NCBI GenBank assembly: GCA_964016885.1
Contig: OZ024741.1
Location: forward strand, 296,732,001-296,796,000
Origin: Eledone cirrhosa
Taxonomy: Eukaryota
Reading direction: 5' to 3'
Length of the DNA stretch: 64,000 bases
Position 1 is the stretch's first letter. Every line of letters begins with the position of its first letter. The position numbers and the translations under genes were made by a program. The notes under the pieces are model-generated. The model saw only the letters and a program-made list of their open reading frames with translations. It had not been told where the DNA came from and searched no databases. This document shows, piece by piece, positions 42,130-56,012 of the stretch.

Positions 42130-42445
42130 TACACTCCGGTCTGAGTGGTGCCTCAGCCACACCCAGCAGACAAAATGACAGGCATTACTGCAGAGAATGG
42201 CCAGAGACACCTGCTGAAGAATCCACCCCACCTCATGGGGTTTCCTCCTCAAGCAGGCTCCTAACTTTCTAACATTACAGCAGTGTAGGGACCAAAGGTC
42301 TTGATGGAGACCGGTACAAAGAGGAAGCTGTTGGTCAGACTCTGATATTTAACTATTTTCCTCTCCTCTGCATTGCTAGCAACAGAGGCTGGGTTTGTGG
42401 CTGATATGATAGGGTTGGAGACAGAGAACAAGTCGTAGCAACTTG
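42130..42445 (-). pseudogene. CRE-clade-like non-LTR endonuclease fragment
   Basis: ASNAEERKIVKYQSL..FLFVPVSIKTFGP and LQQVSLAILCSNA. Confidence 0.7.
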
Positions 42446-43591
42446 GACAAAATACTGTTTGGTATTTTGTAACAGTCACTTTACATTCTGAGTTCATATC
42501 TCTTCGAGATCAGCTTTGATCTTTTATCCTTCGGAGGCTGGGAGAATAAAAAATGGAATGGACAGCAAAGTTGCATATGAAAAAAATTGAAATATATGGT
42601 ATGAAGGAAGAAAAGCATCGCTCTCATCCTCATGGATCTTCCTTGGTTTCAACACTAAATGTTCCATTCACAGAACAGTCTGATCATTAAATTAACATAC
42701 AAGTGGCTAAGAATATCCATAGAAAGCTTGCCAAACAAAGGGTTGGGAGGACCCTTTAATTGTGTCAAGGGCATGACAATCTCCGTAGTGTTGGTGATCT
42801 ACATGATAAAAGCACCCAGTACATGCTGTAAAGACATTGGTATTGGGAAAGTATTCAGTCATAGAAAGTTTGCCAAACAAAGGGTTGGGAGGACCCTTCA
42901 AATTGTGTCAAAGGAAATAACAACTTCTCCTCTGCACTCAATAGAACATATGACTATACGAAAGTCAAATGCAGACCCTTCAGCCTGTCTGGGAGATCAG
43001 TAGCCCCGCTCCAGTACTGACTTGTCTATGTGGACTCATCCAACCCTTCTAGCAGGGGAAACAGACGTTATATGATGATGAGGATGATGATGATGTGTAC
43101 CCATAACTTAATTCTTGAGCAGATTCAGTATGATAGGGTGTGACAAGGCTGGCCCTTGAATTACCAGGCTTTGCACAGGTGACATGAAAACCAGTGTTTA
43201 TCTCAGTTCCATAGGCATTAAGTGTACAAATGAATGTACAAGACTGACCACCTTGTTCAACCTGCTAGAAATAGCAGCCAAATCTCCCTCAGTCCACACC
43301 ATACTGTATTTGAAAAAAAAAGCTTATAACACATTGAAAAGTTTATTCCTACATTCAGTGCTTGACTAAAGGAAAACAAAAACAGGATGGTTATGAATGG
43401 ATTTAAATATTAAGAGGCAACTAAAATGGTTGGTGCCATAAAGGGGATCTGGTTATAAAACATTGCTTCAAAAAGGACCCATGATGAATGAAACCTTTCA
43501 TAGGCTCTGCCAAGATAGCCCCTGCATTAGCAGGGTGAAATAACCTTAAAATACTAGGTGCATAGCTTTGCAGCTATAATAAAATAAATTA

Positions 43592-44061
43592 CTGTATATA
43601 CACATATATAAGCCAAGAAATATGTGACAAAAAAAGAATTGATGGTAAAATGGGGTGTTGGCTTATATTCAAGGTCAATTGTTTGCCGATTTTCACCAAC
43701 TTCAAAATTCTACATAAATGAGGTGTTAAAATATTTTCACTTTGGAGGTGAAATTTGTTTTTCCTATTGTTTTTTTTAGGTGTTTTAAATGAATATAGCC
43801 TTCAAAACGGTTACAAGTTGGTAACAAATCACTATGTAATGGAGTTTTTAAACAAAATAACATACTCTAAACAACACTTAAAACAGTTTAAATATCAAAA
43901 TATTATTACTTCATAAATATATTCTCCACTTATAAAAATTTCAAAACTGCACCATCTAAACATAATTTGTTGATTCTTGCCTCAGTTTACAAACGGGGGT
44001 CTCAATGTTTGCCTATTTCTCAGACATAAAATAGGGTCAGATTATATTCAAGTATATACAG
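43592..44061. mobile_element. Tigger/pogo-like MITE
   Basis: TA-ctgtatatac...gtatatacag-TA termini. Confidence 0.65.
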
Positions 44062-44119
44062 TAAATTATACATGTTCATATATATTTATTCAAATTGGCT
44101 AATGCAAACAATTTCATTA

Positions 44120-46940
44120 CATTTCTTATGTTGGTATAATATATATTTGTTACTGTACATTACTTCCCATATGCTGGTACAATATGTATTTATTACTGTA
44201 CATTACTTAACATTATTGGTATAATATATATTTGTTACTGTACATTACTTCCCATATGTTGTTATAATATACATTTGTCACTGTACATTACTTCCCATAT
44301 GTTGGTATAATATATATTTCTTACTGTACTTCCCATATGTTGGTATAATATATATTTCTTACTGTACTTCCCATATGTTGTTATAATATATATTTGTCAC
44401 TGTACATTACTTCCCATATGTTGGTATAATATATATTTCTTACTGTACTTCCCACATGTTGTTATAATATATATTTGTCACTGTACATTACTTCCCATAT
44501 GTTGGTATAATATATATTTCTTACTGTACTTCCCATATGTTGGTATAATATATATTTGTTACTGTACATTACTTCCCATATGTTAGTATAATATATATTT
44601 CTTACTGTACTTCCCATATGTTGGTATAATATATATTTGTTACTGTACATTACTTCCCATATGTTGGTATAATATATATTTGTTACTGTACATTACTTCC
44701 TACATGTTGGTACAATATATATTTGTTTCTGTACATTACTTCCCATATGTTGGTACAATATATATTTGTTACTGTACATTACTTCCTACATGTTGGTACA
44801 ATATATATTTATCACTGTACATTACTTCCCATATGTTGGTACAATATATATTTGTTTCTGTACATTACTTCCCATATGTTGTTATAATATATATTTGTTA
44901 TTGTACATTACTTCCCATAGGCTGGTATAATATATATTTGTTACTGTACTTTCCATATGTTGGTATAATATATATTTCTTACTGTACATTACTTCCCATA
45001 TGTTGGTATGATATAATTATCACTGTACATTACTTCCTATATATTGATATAATATATATTTGTCACTGTATATTACTTAACATTATTGGTAATCCCGCCG
45101 AGGTTAACTTTGCCTTTCATCCTTACGGGGTCGATAAAATTAAGTACCAGTAATCCACTAGGTAATTGCTGGCCTTGTGCCAAAAGAAGAAACAATTATT
45201 GGTATAATATATATTTGTTATTGTACATTACTTAACATTATTGGTAAGCCTTTCATCCTTACAGGGTAGATAAAATAAAGTACCAGTAATGCACTGGGTA
45301 ATTGCTGGCCTTGTGCCAAAAGTAGAAACAATTATTGGTAAATATATATTTGTTACTGTACATTACTTCCCAAATGCTGTACAATATATATTTGTTTCTG
45401 TACATTCTTTCCCATATGTTGTTATAATATATATTCCTTATTGTACATTACTTCCCTTATGTTGTTATAATATATATTTGTCATTGTACATTACTTCCTA
45501 TATGTTGGTATAATATGTGTTACTGTACTTCCCATATGTTGGTATAATATATATTTGTTACTGTACATTACTTCAATATATATTTATTACTGTACATTAC
45601 TTCCCATATGTTGGTATAATATATATTTGTTTCTGTATATTACTTCAATATATATTTATTACTGTACATTACTTCCCATATGTTGGTATAATATATATTT
45701 GTTACTGTATATTACTTCAATATATATTTGTTACTGTACATTACTTCCCATATGTTGGTATAATATATATTTGTTACTGTACATTACTTCAATATATATT
45801 TATTACTGTACATTACTTGTCATATGTTGGTACAATATATATTTGTTCCTGTATATTACTTCCCATATGTTGGTATAATATATATTTGTTCCTGTATATT
45901 ACTTCAATATATATTTATTACTGTACATTACTTGTCATATGTTGGTACAATATATATTTATTACTGTACATTACTTCAATATATATTTATTACTGTACAT
46001 TACTTCCCATATGTTGGTATAATATATATTTGTTACTGTACATTACTTCCCATATGTTGGTATAATATATATTTGTTACTGTACATTACTTCAATATATA
46101 TTTGTTATTGTACATTACTTCCCATATGCTGGTATAATATATATTTGTTTCTGTACATTACTTCAATATATATTTATTACTGTACATTACTTCAAATATG
46201 TTGGTAGAATATATATTTGTTACTGTACATTACTTCAATATATATTTGTTACTGTACATTACTTCCCATATGCTGGTATAATATATATTTGTTCCTGTAT
46301 ATTACTTCAATATATATTTATTACTGTACATTACTTCCCATATGTTGGTATAATATATATTTGTTACTGTACATTACTTCAATATATATTTGTTACTGTA
46401 CATTACTTCCCATATGCTGGTATAATATATATTTGTTCCTGTACATTACTTCAATATATATTTATTACTGTACATTACTTCCCATATGTTGGTATAATAT
46501 ATATTTGTTACTGTATATTACTTCAATATATATTTGTTACTGTACATTACTTGCCATATGTTGGTATAATATATATTTGTTCCTGTATATTACTTCAATA
46601 TATATTTATTACTGTACATTACTTCCCATATGTTGGTACAATATATATTTATTACTGTACATTACTTCCCATATGTTGGTATAATATATATTTGTTACTG
46701 TACATTACTTCAATATATATTTATTACTGTACATTACTTCCCATATGTTGGTATAATATATATTTGTTCCTGTATATTACTTCAATATATATTTATTACT
46801 GTACATTACTTCCCATATGTTGGTATAATATATATTTGTTACTGTATATTACTTCAATATATATTTGTTACTGTACATTACTTCCCATATGTTGGTATAA
46901 TATATATTTGTTACTGTACATTACTTCCCATATACTGGTA
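44120..46940. repeat. 43-bp minisatellite with 38- and 29-bp deletion variants; two SINE 3' fragments inserted (~45090-45200, ~45247-45335)
   Basis: Unit ttactgtacattacttcccatatgttggtataatatatatttg. Confidence 0.92.
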
Positions 46941-46984
46941 CAGGTAATAGATATTTTTTTCTTTCTCTCAATCTCTTTCTTCAG

Positions 46985-47061
46985 GTTCAATATGTAAACA
47001 TGCTGAAAATTGTGCACAATGTTTCACTTTAAACAAAGAATGTGCCTGGTGTGAAGATACG
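46985..47061 (+). CDS. Integrin beta subunit, exon 2 (PSI domain)
   Basis: ttcttcAG acceptor; SICKHAENCAQCFTLNKECAWCEDT; GTAAAG donor; phase 1 to 0. Confidence 0.9.
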
Positions 47062-47403
47062 GTAAAGAAATTATTTGTTTGTTCAAAAGAGTTGTTTGTT
47101 CTCCCACAATGTTCTCTCACAGTCCACCCTGTATAGTGGAAGTGCTGCTGTCACAACAAAATGTGCACACTCTAACCTGTAAGTTGGTCATACTTGTGCC
47201 ATAACAAAAAGCACCCAGTCCATCTTGTAAAGTGGTATGTCACAAGAAAACCCCCCAACCTACACTGTAATAGATGGTTGGCATTAGGAAGGGCATCCAG
47301 CTGTAGAAAACCATGCCAAAAATCTGAACTTTCTACCCTATTTATTAACATGACAGTTCTTCTAACCCATGCAAGCATCGAAAATAAAAATTAAGACTTG
47401 ACG

Positions 47404-47444
<41 letters not shown>

Positions 47445-47556
47445 TAAATTAACAGATTAAAGTTTAAGCAAAGAATCGCTGCTTTCACCCTTAATGGGAT
47501 CTTCTGAAACTAAAAAAGTCAATCTGTGAACGCAGAAGTAGATATTTCAATATTAT

Positions 47557-47597
<41 letters not shown>

Positions 47598-47603
<6 letters not shown>

Positions 47604-49585
47604 AAGACGGGTAAGGCGGGTGGGCCTTCGGAAATAGTTGCTGAAATGCTGAAAGCTTCTGGAACGGTGGGACACACTATGGTCACCTGGATAGTAAACC
47701 AAGTCATACAGAATGGGGTTGTTCCGAAGGACTGGTGTAGCAGCATCATCATTAACTGCTACAAGGGTAAAGGAGATGCCCTAGATAGGGGTAACTATAG
47801 AGGCATTAAATTAATTGACTAGGTCATGAAGGTCACAGAAAAAGTAATAGCGCAACTAATCTGAGATCTTGATGAAATGCAGTTCGGGTTTGTGTACCAC
47901 AGACGCTCTTTTCATTGTACGACAACTACAGGAGAAGTACCTAGCTAAAAGTAAACCCCTATACTTAGATTTTGTCGACTTGGAGAAAGCCTTTGACAGA
48001 GTCCCCCGTTCCATTATCTGGTAGGCTCTTAGAAAACTAGGTGTTGATGAATGGCTTGTGAGAGCTATACAAGCCATGTATAAAGAAACAGTCAGCAAGG
48101 TTAGAATTAACAACGAATATAGTGAAGAGTTTAACGTAAAAGTTGGTGTTCATCAGGGCTCCGTTCTTAGCCCCTACTATTTATTATTGCCCTTCAGGCT
48201 ATAACAGAGGAGTTCAAGACCGGCTGCCCATGGGAACTCCTATACGCAGATGATCTAACGCTCATTGCTGAATCAATGGCTGAACTAGAGAAGAAATTCC
48301 AAACATGGAAGCATGGCCTAGAATCAAAAGGCCTTAAAATTAACCTGTCTAAGACTAAAGTTCTAGTTTGAAGGAAGGAAAATAGGGCACCGGTCCCATC
48401 CGGCAAATGGCCATGCTCAGTGTTTAGGAAAGGAGTAGGCAGAAACTCCATTTTATGTCCCAAATGCAAAGTATGGGTGCATAAAAGATGTAGTGGGATC
48501 ACAGGTAAGCTAACTAAGAATATAGATTTTATATGTGGCCGGTGCTCTGGTGCAATAAGTAGCAGCAAGTGCCCCCAGAATACTAGCTCATTCCATTGCA
48601 CAGATGGTTCTATAGAAATAGTGGACACCTTCCGTTACTTGGGTGACAAAATCAGCAGTGGTGGAGGGTGCTCTGAAAGTACAGTAGCTAGAGTCAGAAC
48701 TGGATGGAAAAAGTTCAGAGAGCTTATACCACTATTAGCCACTAAAGGGTTCTCTCTAAAAATGAAAAGCAGGCTGTATGATGCCTGCATACAAACAGCA
48801 ATGTTACATGGCAGTGAGACCTGGACATTGTGTGCAGAGGATATACGTAGACTGGAGAGGAACGAAGCTTGCAAGCTCCGCTGGATGTGTAATAGTAATA
48901 TACGTGAACGGCAAAGCATAAACGAACTAAGGGAGAAATTAGAAATAAGAGGGATCAGATGTTGTTTACTCGAGAGAAGACTACGTTGGTATGGTCACGT
49001 AATGCGCATGAAAGAGGACAGCTGTATAAAAAAGTGCAGGGCAATAAAAATAGACGGTAGCCACGGAGTAGGCAGACCCAGAAAAACCTGGGACGACTTG
49101 ATAAATTCCGACCTCACACACTTACACCTCTCCAAGACAATATCACTGGACCGAGATCTTTGGCGGTACTCAGTAATACAGAAGACCCGTCTTACCTAAG
49201 TACAAAGTGAAACCTACTACAGTCAGTAGGCACCTCTAACAAAAATACACCCCCGTCCCACTACCCCCACTCATCCACACCACCCCTTTCAATGTAAAGT
49301 TATGTTGGTACTACAACATCCAGTCCGAAACAAATGAGGTCGTGTAGGTGTCACGACAAAAAAACACACAGTCCACGCTGTAATGTGGCCGTGTAGGTAA
49401 CACGGTAAAAAGCTCCCAGTCCACACTGTAAACGTGGTTGGTGTTAGGAAGGGCATCCAGCCGTAGAAAACCCGCCAGACAGTCATATGCGAGCAAGACA
49501 ACCACTCTTGCCTCAAGTGGGAAAACTCCCGTTCAAACCCATGCAAGCGTGGGAGATGGACATTAAACGATGGTGATGATGATGA
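47598..49585 (+). mobile_element. 5'-truncated RTE LINE (RT, PHD-like insert, 3' UTR, (GAT)n tail)
   Basis: KGKGDA...NYRGIKL, FVDLEKAFD, GVHQGSVLSP, LLYADD, YLG, RLRWYGHV, GRPRKTW; several stops. Confidence 0.92.
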
Positions 49586-50268
49586 TATATATAATGTATA
49601 TATATATATAGTGTAAAAAGAGTGGACATTGGAAAAGGTTCTATACTGATCCCATTATGTAAGGATAATAATAATAATAAGAGAGTTTGAAAAGCGCACC
49701 TGGTATATACAAAGGATCTTTATAAGATATACAAAAATTTATGTTTAGTAAAGCTCGCCTTTTCCATGTTGGATTACCAAAACATTTGTTATTAGGTTAA
49801 ATTGTTTTTTCTTGTTAAAACTCCTGCATGCTGGTCCTAAACCATGAATGCATATTTGTTTTCTTTTTAGATTATGAATACCTTGAGCGTGTGTATGTCT
49901 GCATGCTGATTCTCAATTGTGATATATGATCTTATAGACCACATATGCTCTCATGCACACTTCTGCATTATTTTGGGACAATTAGGAAGTGCAAATATAT
50001 TATTGCATGTGGGTTGGTGTCTTTGGAGCATTATCCTCAATGAGGGTTCCATGTGTGCCAGCCGTGCATTCAGCCCCTCCTTATGGATGTTTTGTCTGAT
50101 GGAAGCTGTCCTCTTCTCATTGAAATAATATATATTTGTATATGAAGACAAACATAGAATATTCGAAAATATTCTGTATGTTTATAATAAACATTTTGAA
50201 GACCTAATCGCTATAGAATAGAATACGTCACGTATTACAATTTGAGATTCTCGATAAAAGCAAGGGAA

Positions 50269-50311
50269 GTAACCTACGCGTTTCATTCTTATTAGAAATC
50301 ATCAGGATTAC
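50269..50311 (-). ncRNA. Hammerhead ribozyme copy 1
   Basis: Minus: gtaatc-CTGATGA-t ttct aata agaa t-GAAAC-gc-GTA-ggttac. Confidence 0.85.
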
Positions 50312-50580
50312 ATATCCAATGCTTTTATCGAGAATGACACAGCTAGAGACTTATAGAATACTTAGCTGTGTACAGGAACTGATTTGAAAGAGTGGTAGCC
50401 GGTCCGGCAGAAATTAGAATTTGGATTTAATGCTCTGAAATAGCGATATATATGTGAAGACAAACATAGAATATTCGAAAATATTCTGTATGTTTATAAT
50501 AAACATTTTGAAGACCTAATCGCTATAGAATAGAATACGTCACGTATTACAATTTGAGATTCTCGATAAAAGCAAGGGAA

Positions 50581-50623
50581 GTAACCTACGCGTTTCATTC
50601 TTATTAGAAATCATCAGGATTAC
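50581..50623 (-). ncRNA. Hammerhead ribozyme copy 2
   Basis: Same motif, +312. Confidence 0.85.
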
Positions 50624-50892
50624 ATATCCAATGCTTTTATCGAGAATGACACAGCTAGAGACTTATAGAATACTTAGCTGTGTACAGGAACTGATTTGAA
50701 AGAGCGGTAGCCGGTCCGGCAGAAATTAGAATTTGGATTTAATGCTCTGAAATAGCGATATATATGTGAAGACAAACATAGAATATTCGAAAATATTCTG
50801 TATGTTTATAATAAACATTTTGAAGACCTAATCGCTATAGAATAGAATACGTCACGTATTACAATTTGAGATTCTCGATAAAAGCAAGGGAA

Positions 50893-50935
50893 GTAACCTA
50901 CGCGTTTCATTCTTATTAGAAATCATCAGGATTAC
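50893..50935 (-). ncRNA. Hammerhead ribozyme copy 3
   Basis: Same motif, +624. Confidence 0.85.
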
Positions 50936-51040
50936 ATATCCAATGCTTTTATCGAGAATGACACAGCTAGAGACTTATAGAATACTTAGCTGTGTATGTA
51001 TATTTTGCTAATATGTTGTGGAACTAACTTATATATATGC

Positions 51041-51101
<61 letters not shown>

Positions 51102-51213
51102 CCCTTGCAAGCAGGGAAAAGCGGACGTAAAATGAAATGATGATATACACATATATATATCATCATCATCATCATCATCATCATCGTTTAACGTCCATCT
51201 TCCACGCTTGCAT

Positions 51214-51279
<66 letters not shown>

Positions 51280-51369
51280 TGTATGTATGTATATAAATAT
51301 ATATATGTATATATGTTTCTATGTATGTGTGTGTGTATATATATATGAAGATCCGTCATTCTTTTGTAG

Positions 51370-51480
51370 ACATTCGAGAGTGGCCGCACCAAACATCCCA
51401 GGTGTGATCTAGAGGATAACCTGAAAAAGAAGAATTGCAAGAATTTAATTAATCCAGACAATAATTTTACTTTTGTCAAG
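51370..51480 (+). CDS. Integrin beta subunit, exon 3
   Basis: ttttgtAG acceptor; TFESGRTKHPRCDLEDNLKKKNCKNLINPDNNFTFVK (RCD...C...I.P pattern); GTATCA donor; phase 0 to 0. Confidence 0.88.
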
Positions 51481-51529
51481 GTATCAGTATATTACATAAT
51501 TTTATTGCTTTAGTCATGACTGGTGATTG

Positions 51530-52100
51530 AGGGTAGATTTTGATTTTATTGTTGGAGAATGAGGGCAAATCTGGGTTTTATTGTGGGGTACTGAGGGCAA
51601 ATCTGGGTTTTATTGTGGGGTACTGAGGGCAAATCTGGGTTTTATTGTGAGGGATTATGGGTAGATTTGGGTTTTATTGTGGGTGGTTGAGGGCAAATCT
51701 GGAGTTTATTGTGGGGAATTAAGGGTAGATCTAGGTTTTATTTTGGGTAGTTGAGGGTAAATCTAGGTTTTATTATGGGAGATTTGGTGTAGATCTGGGT
51801 TTTGTTGGTGGGGGTTGAAGGCAGATTTGGGTTTTATTGTGAGGGATTGAGGGTTGATCTAGGTTTTATTGTAGGTGATTGAGAGCAAATCTGAGTTTTA
51901 TTGTGGGGTACTGAGGGCAAATCTAGGTTTTATTGTTGGGAATTTAGGATAGATTTGGGTTTTATTGTGGGTGGTTGAGGGCAAATCTGGGTTTTGTTGT
52001 GGGTGGTTGCGGGCAAATCTGGGTTTTATTGTGGGTGGTTGAGGGCAAATCTGGGTTTTCTTATGAATGGTTGAGGGCAAATCTGGGTTTTATTGGTGAG
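51530..52100. repeat. 32-bp minisatellite
   Basis: Unit gagggcaaatctgggttttattgtggggtact. Confidence 0.9.
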
Positions 52101-53165
52101 GCTTAAGACCTTGCATTTGAAAAGTCATTTTTTAAATGGAATATTGCAACAATGTTATTCATATTATAGAAAATACATGAAATGGCCAGTCTAAATGATG
52201 TACATATGTTTAGTGACTAAAATAAATACTAAATATTTGCACTAGAATAGAGCATATATTTGAAAACAAGATAGCTATAACTACCAAGTTTGAATTAGAA
52301 GCCTGAGTTGTGAAAAGAATGAAGTGTGAAGTGTAATTGATTGTTAGATATATTCTGCTGTAATTTGATACAATGCTTTTTAAATTCCTCTGAAAATGGT
52401 GAGTTATGTAAATGGTATTGCTAACTCAGTCGGTATATTGTTTTGTATGCATTGATTTTGTTTATATGAATTATACTTAACATCCCAGCCCACACTGTAA
52501 AGTGGTCGTGTAGGTGTTGTGACAAAAAGCACCCAGTACACACTGTAAAGTGGTCATGTAGGTGTCACGACGAAAAGCACCCAGTACACACTGTAAATGT
52601 TGTCGTCATTAGGAAGGGCATCCAGCCATGGAAATGAAGCCAAAATCAGCCATGTATGAGCAAGATATGGTCATCTGACCTGCCTTGTCTCACAATGGGA
52701 CAATGTGTCTAACCCATGCTAGTGTGGAAAATGGACATTAAACGATGATGATGATGATGATGATGATGATCCTTTCAGTAATTCGATGTATAATGCTATT
52801 ATTATAACGCTTTTGAAACATGTGTAAGGAATTAAAAATAATTTCTTCAGACCAATAATATATAAACACTATAACACTATAACACTATATAATAATATAT
52901 AAAGACTATAATATATAAGCTAACTCTGAAACTACTTGGCAATTACTATCATATATAATTTTCCTCATACATTTGAGTTATATATATATTTTTTTACCTT
53001 TGCATTATATATGTGTGTGTGTGTATATATATATATATATAAAAAATATACATATGTACTCACTTTATTGGATGCCCATTAACACTCCTGAGTTCCTCCC
53101 CCCTTTGACAGTTATTGTTTTTTGTCCTGCAGGATGTTAAAAAATCACCCTCCTCGTCAAGCAAG

Positions 53166-53320
53166 CTTGGTGGGGTTGCCGGTTTAGTTGCTGATGATCC
53201 TACCATGCAACAGGTTGTACTGGGTTACATGTTACCAGTAGAACTTGGTGGGGTTGCTGGTTTAGTCATTGATGACCCAACCGTGCATCAGGTTGTACTG
53301 GGTTACATGTTACCAGTACC
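53166..53320. repeat. Tandem duplication of a ~78-bp structured segment
   Basis: cttggtggggttgc...gtactgggttacatgttaccagta occurs twice. Confidence 0.7.
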
Positions 53321-53689
53321 ACTCAGGAGCAACTTGACACAATATAGTGCAGCAATATTCCTTCATACACAAAATTGTAGGTGTGGTTATTCTCAGTTAA
53401 GATGACACTAATCAGTAAAATGAATGCATAACAATAACCTCTTATGTTTTTCTGTTTACTGAGGAATAGTTAATAGTGTTTACACTTCATATTTCATTCC
53501 TGTCACTAACACTTCTAATTCAAAGTTTAGCATAAATAATATTTATATATATATATATATATATATGGAAAGTTATATTTAAATTGTTGGGTTACAACTA
53601 GTAAATATCTGCCAAATCAACTTTTCAAATACAAGTCGATGTTGAACGGTATGTCAAATCTATTTATTTATAAAACTGTCTATATTGTA

Positions 53690-53750
53690 TTTTGTCTGAA
53701 GAAGGCATAACATATTGTTAATATGATATCCCTGAAATATATATAATGAA
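53690..53750 (+). ncRNA. Decayed hammerhead-like motif in a TA-flanked element
   Basis: CTGAAGA-agg..catatt gtt aatatg..cct-GAAAT-atata. Confidence 0.4.
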
Positions 53751-54910
53751 ATAAATATGGTTTTATAAATATAGTTTCCATTTATTTAATATCGTATATA
53801 TATATATATATATATATCATCATCATCATCATCATCATCATCGTTTAACGTCCATCTTCCACGTTAGCATGGGTTAGATGGTTTTGTCCCACTTGAGGCG
53901 AGATTGGTCGGGAGCGAGACCATGTCTCGCTCATATAGAACTGTTTCTGGCAGGTTTTCTATATATATATATAGTAATAATAAATGTGAAGACTAAAATC
54001 CGAAGAGGGCTCGATAAGGATTATATATATATAAAGTCTATATATAAACTCATAGAGCAAATATTTATTTTAAGTACAGATTAAAGTTTAAGCAAAGAAT
54101 CGCTGCTTTCACCCTTTTACGGGATCTTCTGAAACTCCTATATATAAATATATAAAACCTAATATAACTGTGTAATTTTGCTTCCTGTGTTTTGTTTTGT
54201 TTCATTTATTAACTATATATATATATATATATATACACATGTGTATGTGCATGTGTGAGTGTAGGAAAATATCGGTTGATATGACATAATGAAAATGAGT
54301 GTAGTTTATGTGTTATTGAGGATAAACCTGAATTTCAAGTCATCACTCTTATCTCGCCTACACACACACATTCACCCTTACTTGCACACATGCATGCACA
54401 CACTCAAACACACATACATGCACACAAAAGCTTTATATTCTTAATTATTTATTTATTTTTGTTCACTACTGTATGTATTTTATTTAGAATATTTACAGCC
54501 TATGATGTCATATCTTAAGAGCTCTGTAATAGTGTTGCTGCCAGAAAAGGCATCTAGATGTAAAACATTGCCTCATAAAGGTCTTCATAATCAATATAAA
54601 GCCTGTCACAGGATCTGCAATGATAACCTCTGTTTTAGCAGGGTAAAGGACCATAAAATGCTTCTGCTGTTGTTGTTGTATTAACTTTTTCTAGGGCAGT
54701 GGATTGGCAGTTTCGGTAGAGCAATGGACAACATGCTTTGTAGCATGGTTATGTCCCTTTACATTCTTAGTTCAAATTCCGCGGGGTTAGCTTTGCCTTT
54801 CATCCTTACAGTACCAGTAACGCACTGGGGTTGATTTATTTCACTTTCCTTTCTTCCCCAAATTGTTGATCTTGTGTCTACATAAGAAACCATTAACTCG
54901 TTCTCCTTAA

Positions 54911-55324
54911 CCCTTTAACATTTACATTACCCTATATTTACTATTGTATTTCCATGGTAAAGGCTTTACCTCACATAATATGGAATCTATGGGAGGCGGT
55001 GAATTGGCAGTATCGGTAGAAGGTTGGCCGCCATGCTTTCTAGCATAGTTATGCCCCTTTACGGTCTAAGTTCAAATCCCGCCTAGGTTAACTTTGCCTT
55101 TCATCCTTACGGGATCGATAAAATAAAGTACCAGTAATGTACTGGGATAATTGCTGGCCATGTGCCAAAAGTAGAAACAAATTATATTGAATCTATGAGA
55201 TTTTTATATTATTTATTTTGAGAACAATACCTTAACATCAGTATGAGCAGCTGGTTACAGCCAGTTTGAACAGAAAGAGGTGAGAGGATTCTGGCCAGAT
55301 ATGGCTGGTTTAAATACTAAAGGC
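54911..55324. mobile_element. piggyBac-like MITE (TTAA-flanked) with nested SINE 54992-55188
   Basis: TTAA-CCCTTT...AAAGGC-TTAA. The SINE has TSD gaatctatg. An uninterrupted inverted copy lies at 61498-61717. Confidence 0.7.
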
Positions 55325-55560
55325 TTAATAGTGGGTTGGTTGAATCATTAAAAAGTTGGAGAAAATGAAACATGCTGTTTGTTTCTAGCTCTTTATGTTC
55401 TAATTTTGAATCAGACTGAAGTAACCTTTGCCTTTCTAGACTCAGTGAAATAAAGTACTAATCAGATCAGCTACTGGGGTTGATTTCATCAACTAACTTC
55501 CCTCATTAAAAATTATTGGTCTTTTTGTGTTAATCAGAAACTATTATTAGCTCTTCCTCC

Positions 55561-55662
<102 letters not shown>

Positions 55663-55899
55663 TTCGCAATTGATCAACTCAATGCTCGATCTGTATTGCT
55701 CGGGCCCAACTCCGGAATCAAAAGCTTGTTGGGCTTCTGTTATGGTAATGACAGAATGATTCTCTTACAGCTAGGTTTATATATGTTAATATATATATTT
55801 ATATATACATATATGAATATATGACCAAAGATTAATATAGTTCGTTGATTACTCAATGAATACAATTTTACATATACATACATATTTATTCGGTATCTG

Positions 55900-55931
<32 letters not shown>

Positions 55932-55941
55932 TATGTATATA

Positions 55942-56012
<71 letters not shown>

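Larger units (their letters stand above)
50140..50996 (-). mobile_element. 312-bp tandem array (~2.7 units) of a hammerhead-containing retrozyme-like element
   Basis: Unit starts at 50144, 50456, 50768; near-identical units; one HHR per unit. Confidence 0.9.

Noticed and set aside
53166-53345. HDV-like or twister ribozyme
   Set aside because: Hairpins are present but I could not assemble the required pseudoknots by eye.
53133-53405. Strong acceptor and ORF as an extra integrin exon
   Set aside because: Exons 3 and 4 already join in phase with normal spacing, and the peptide derives from a tandem repeat.
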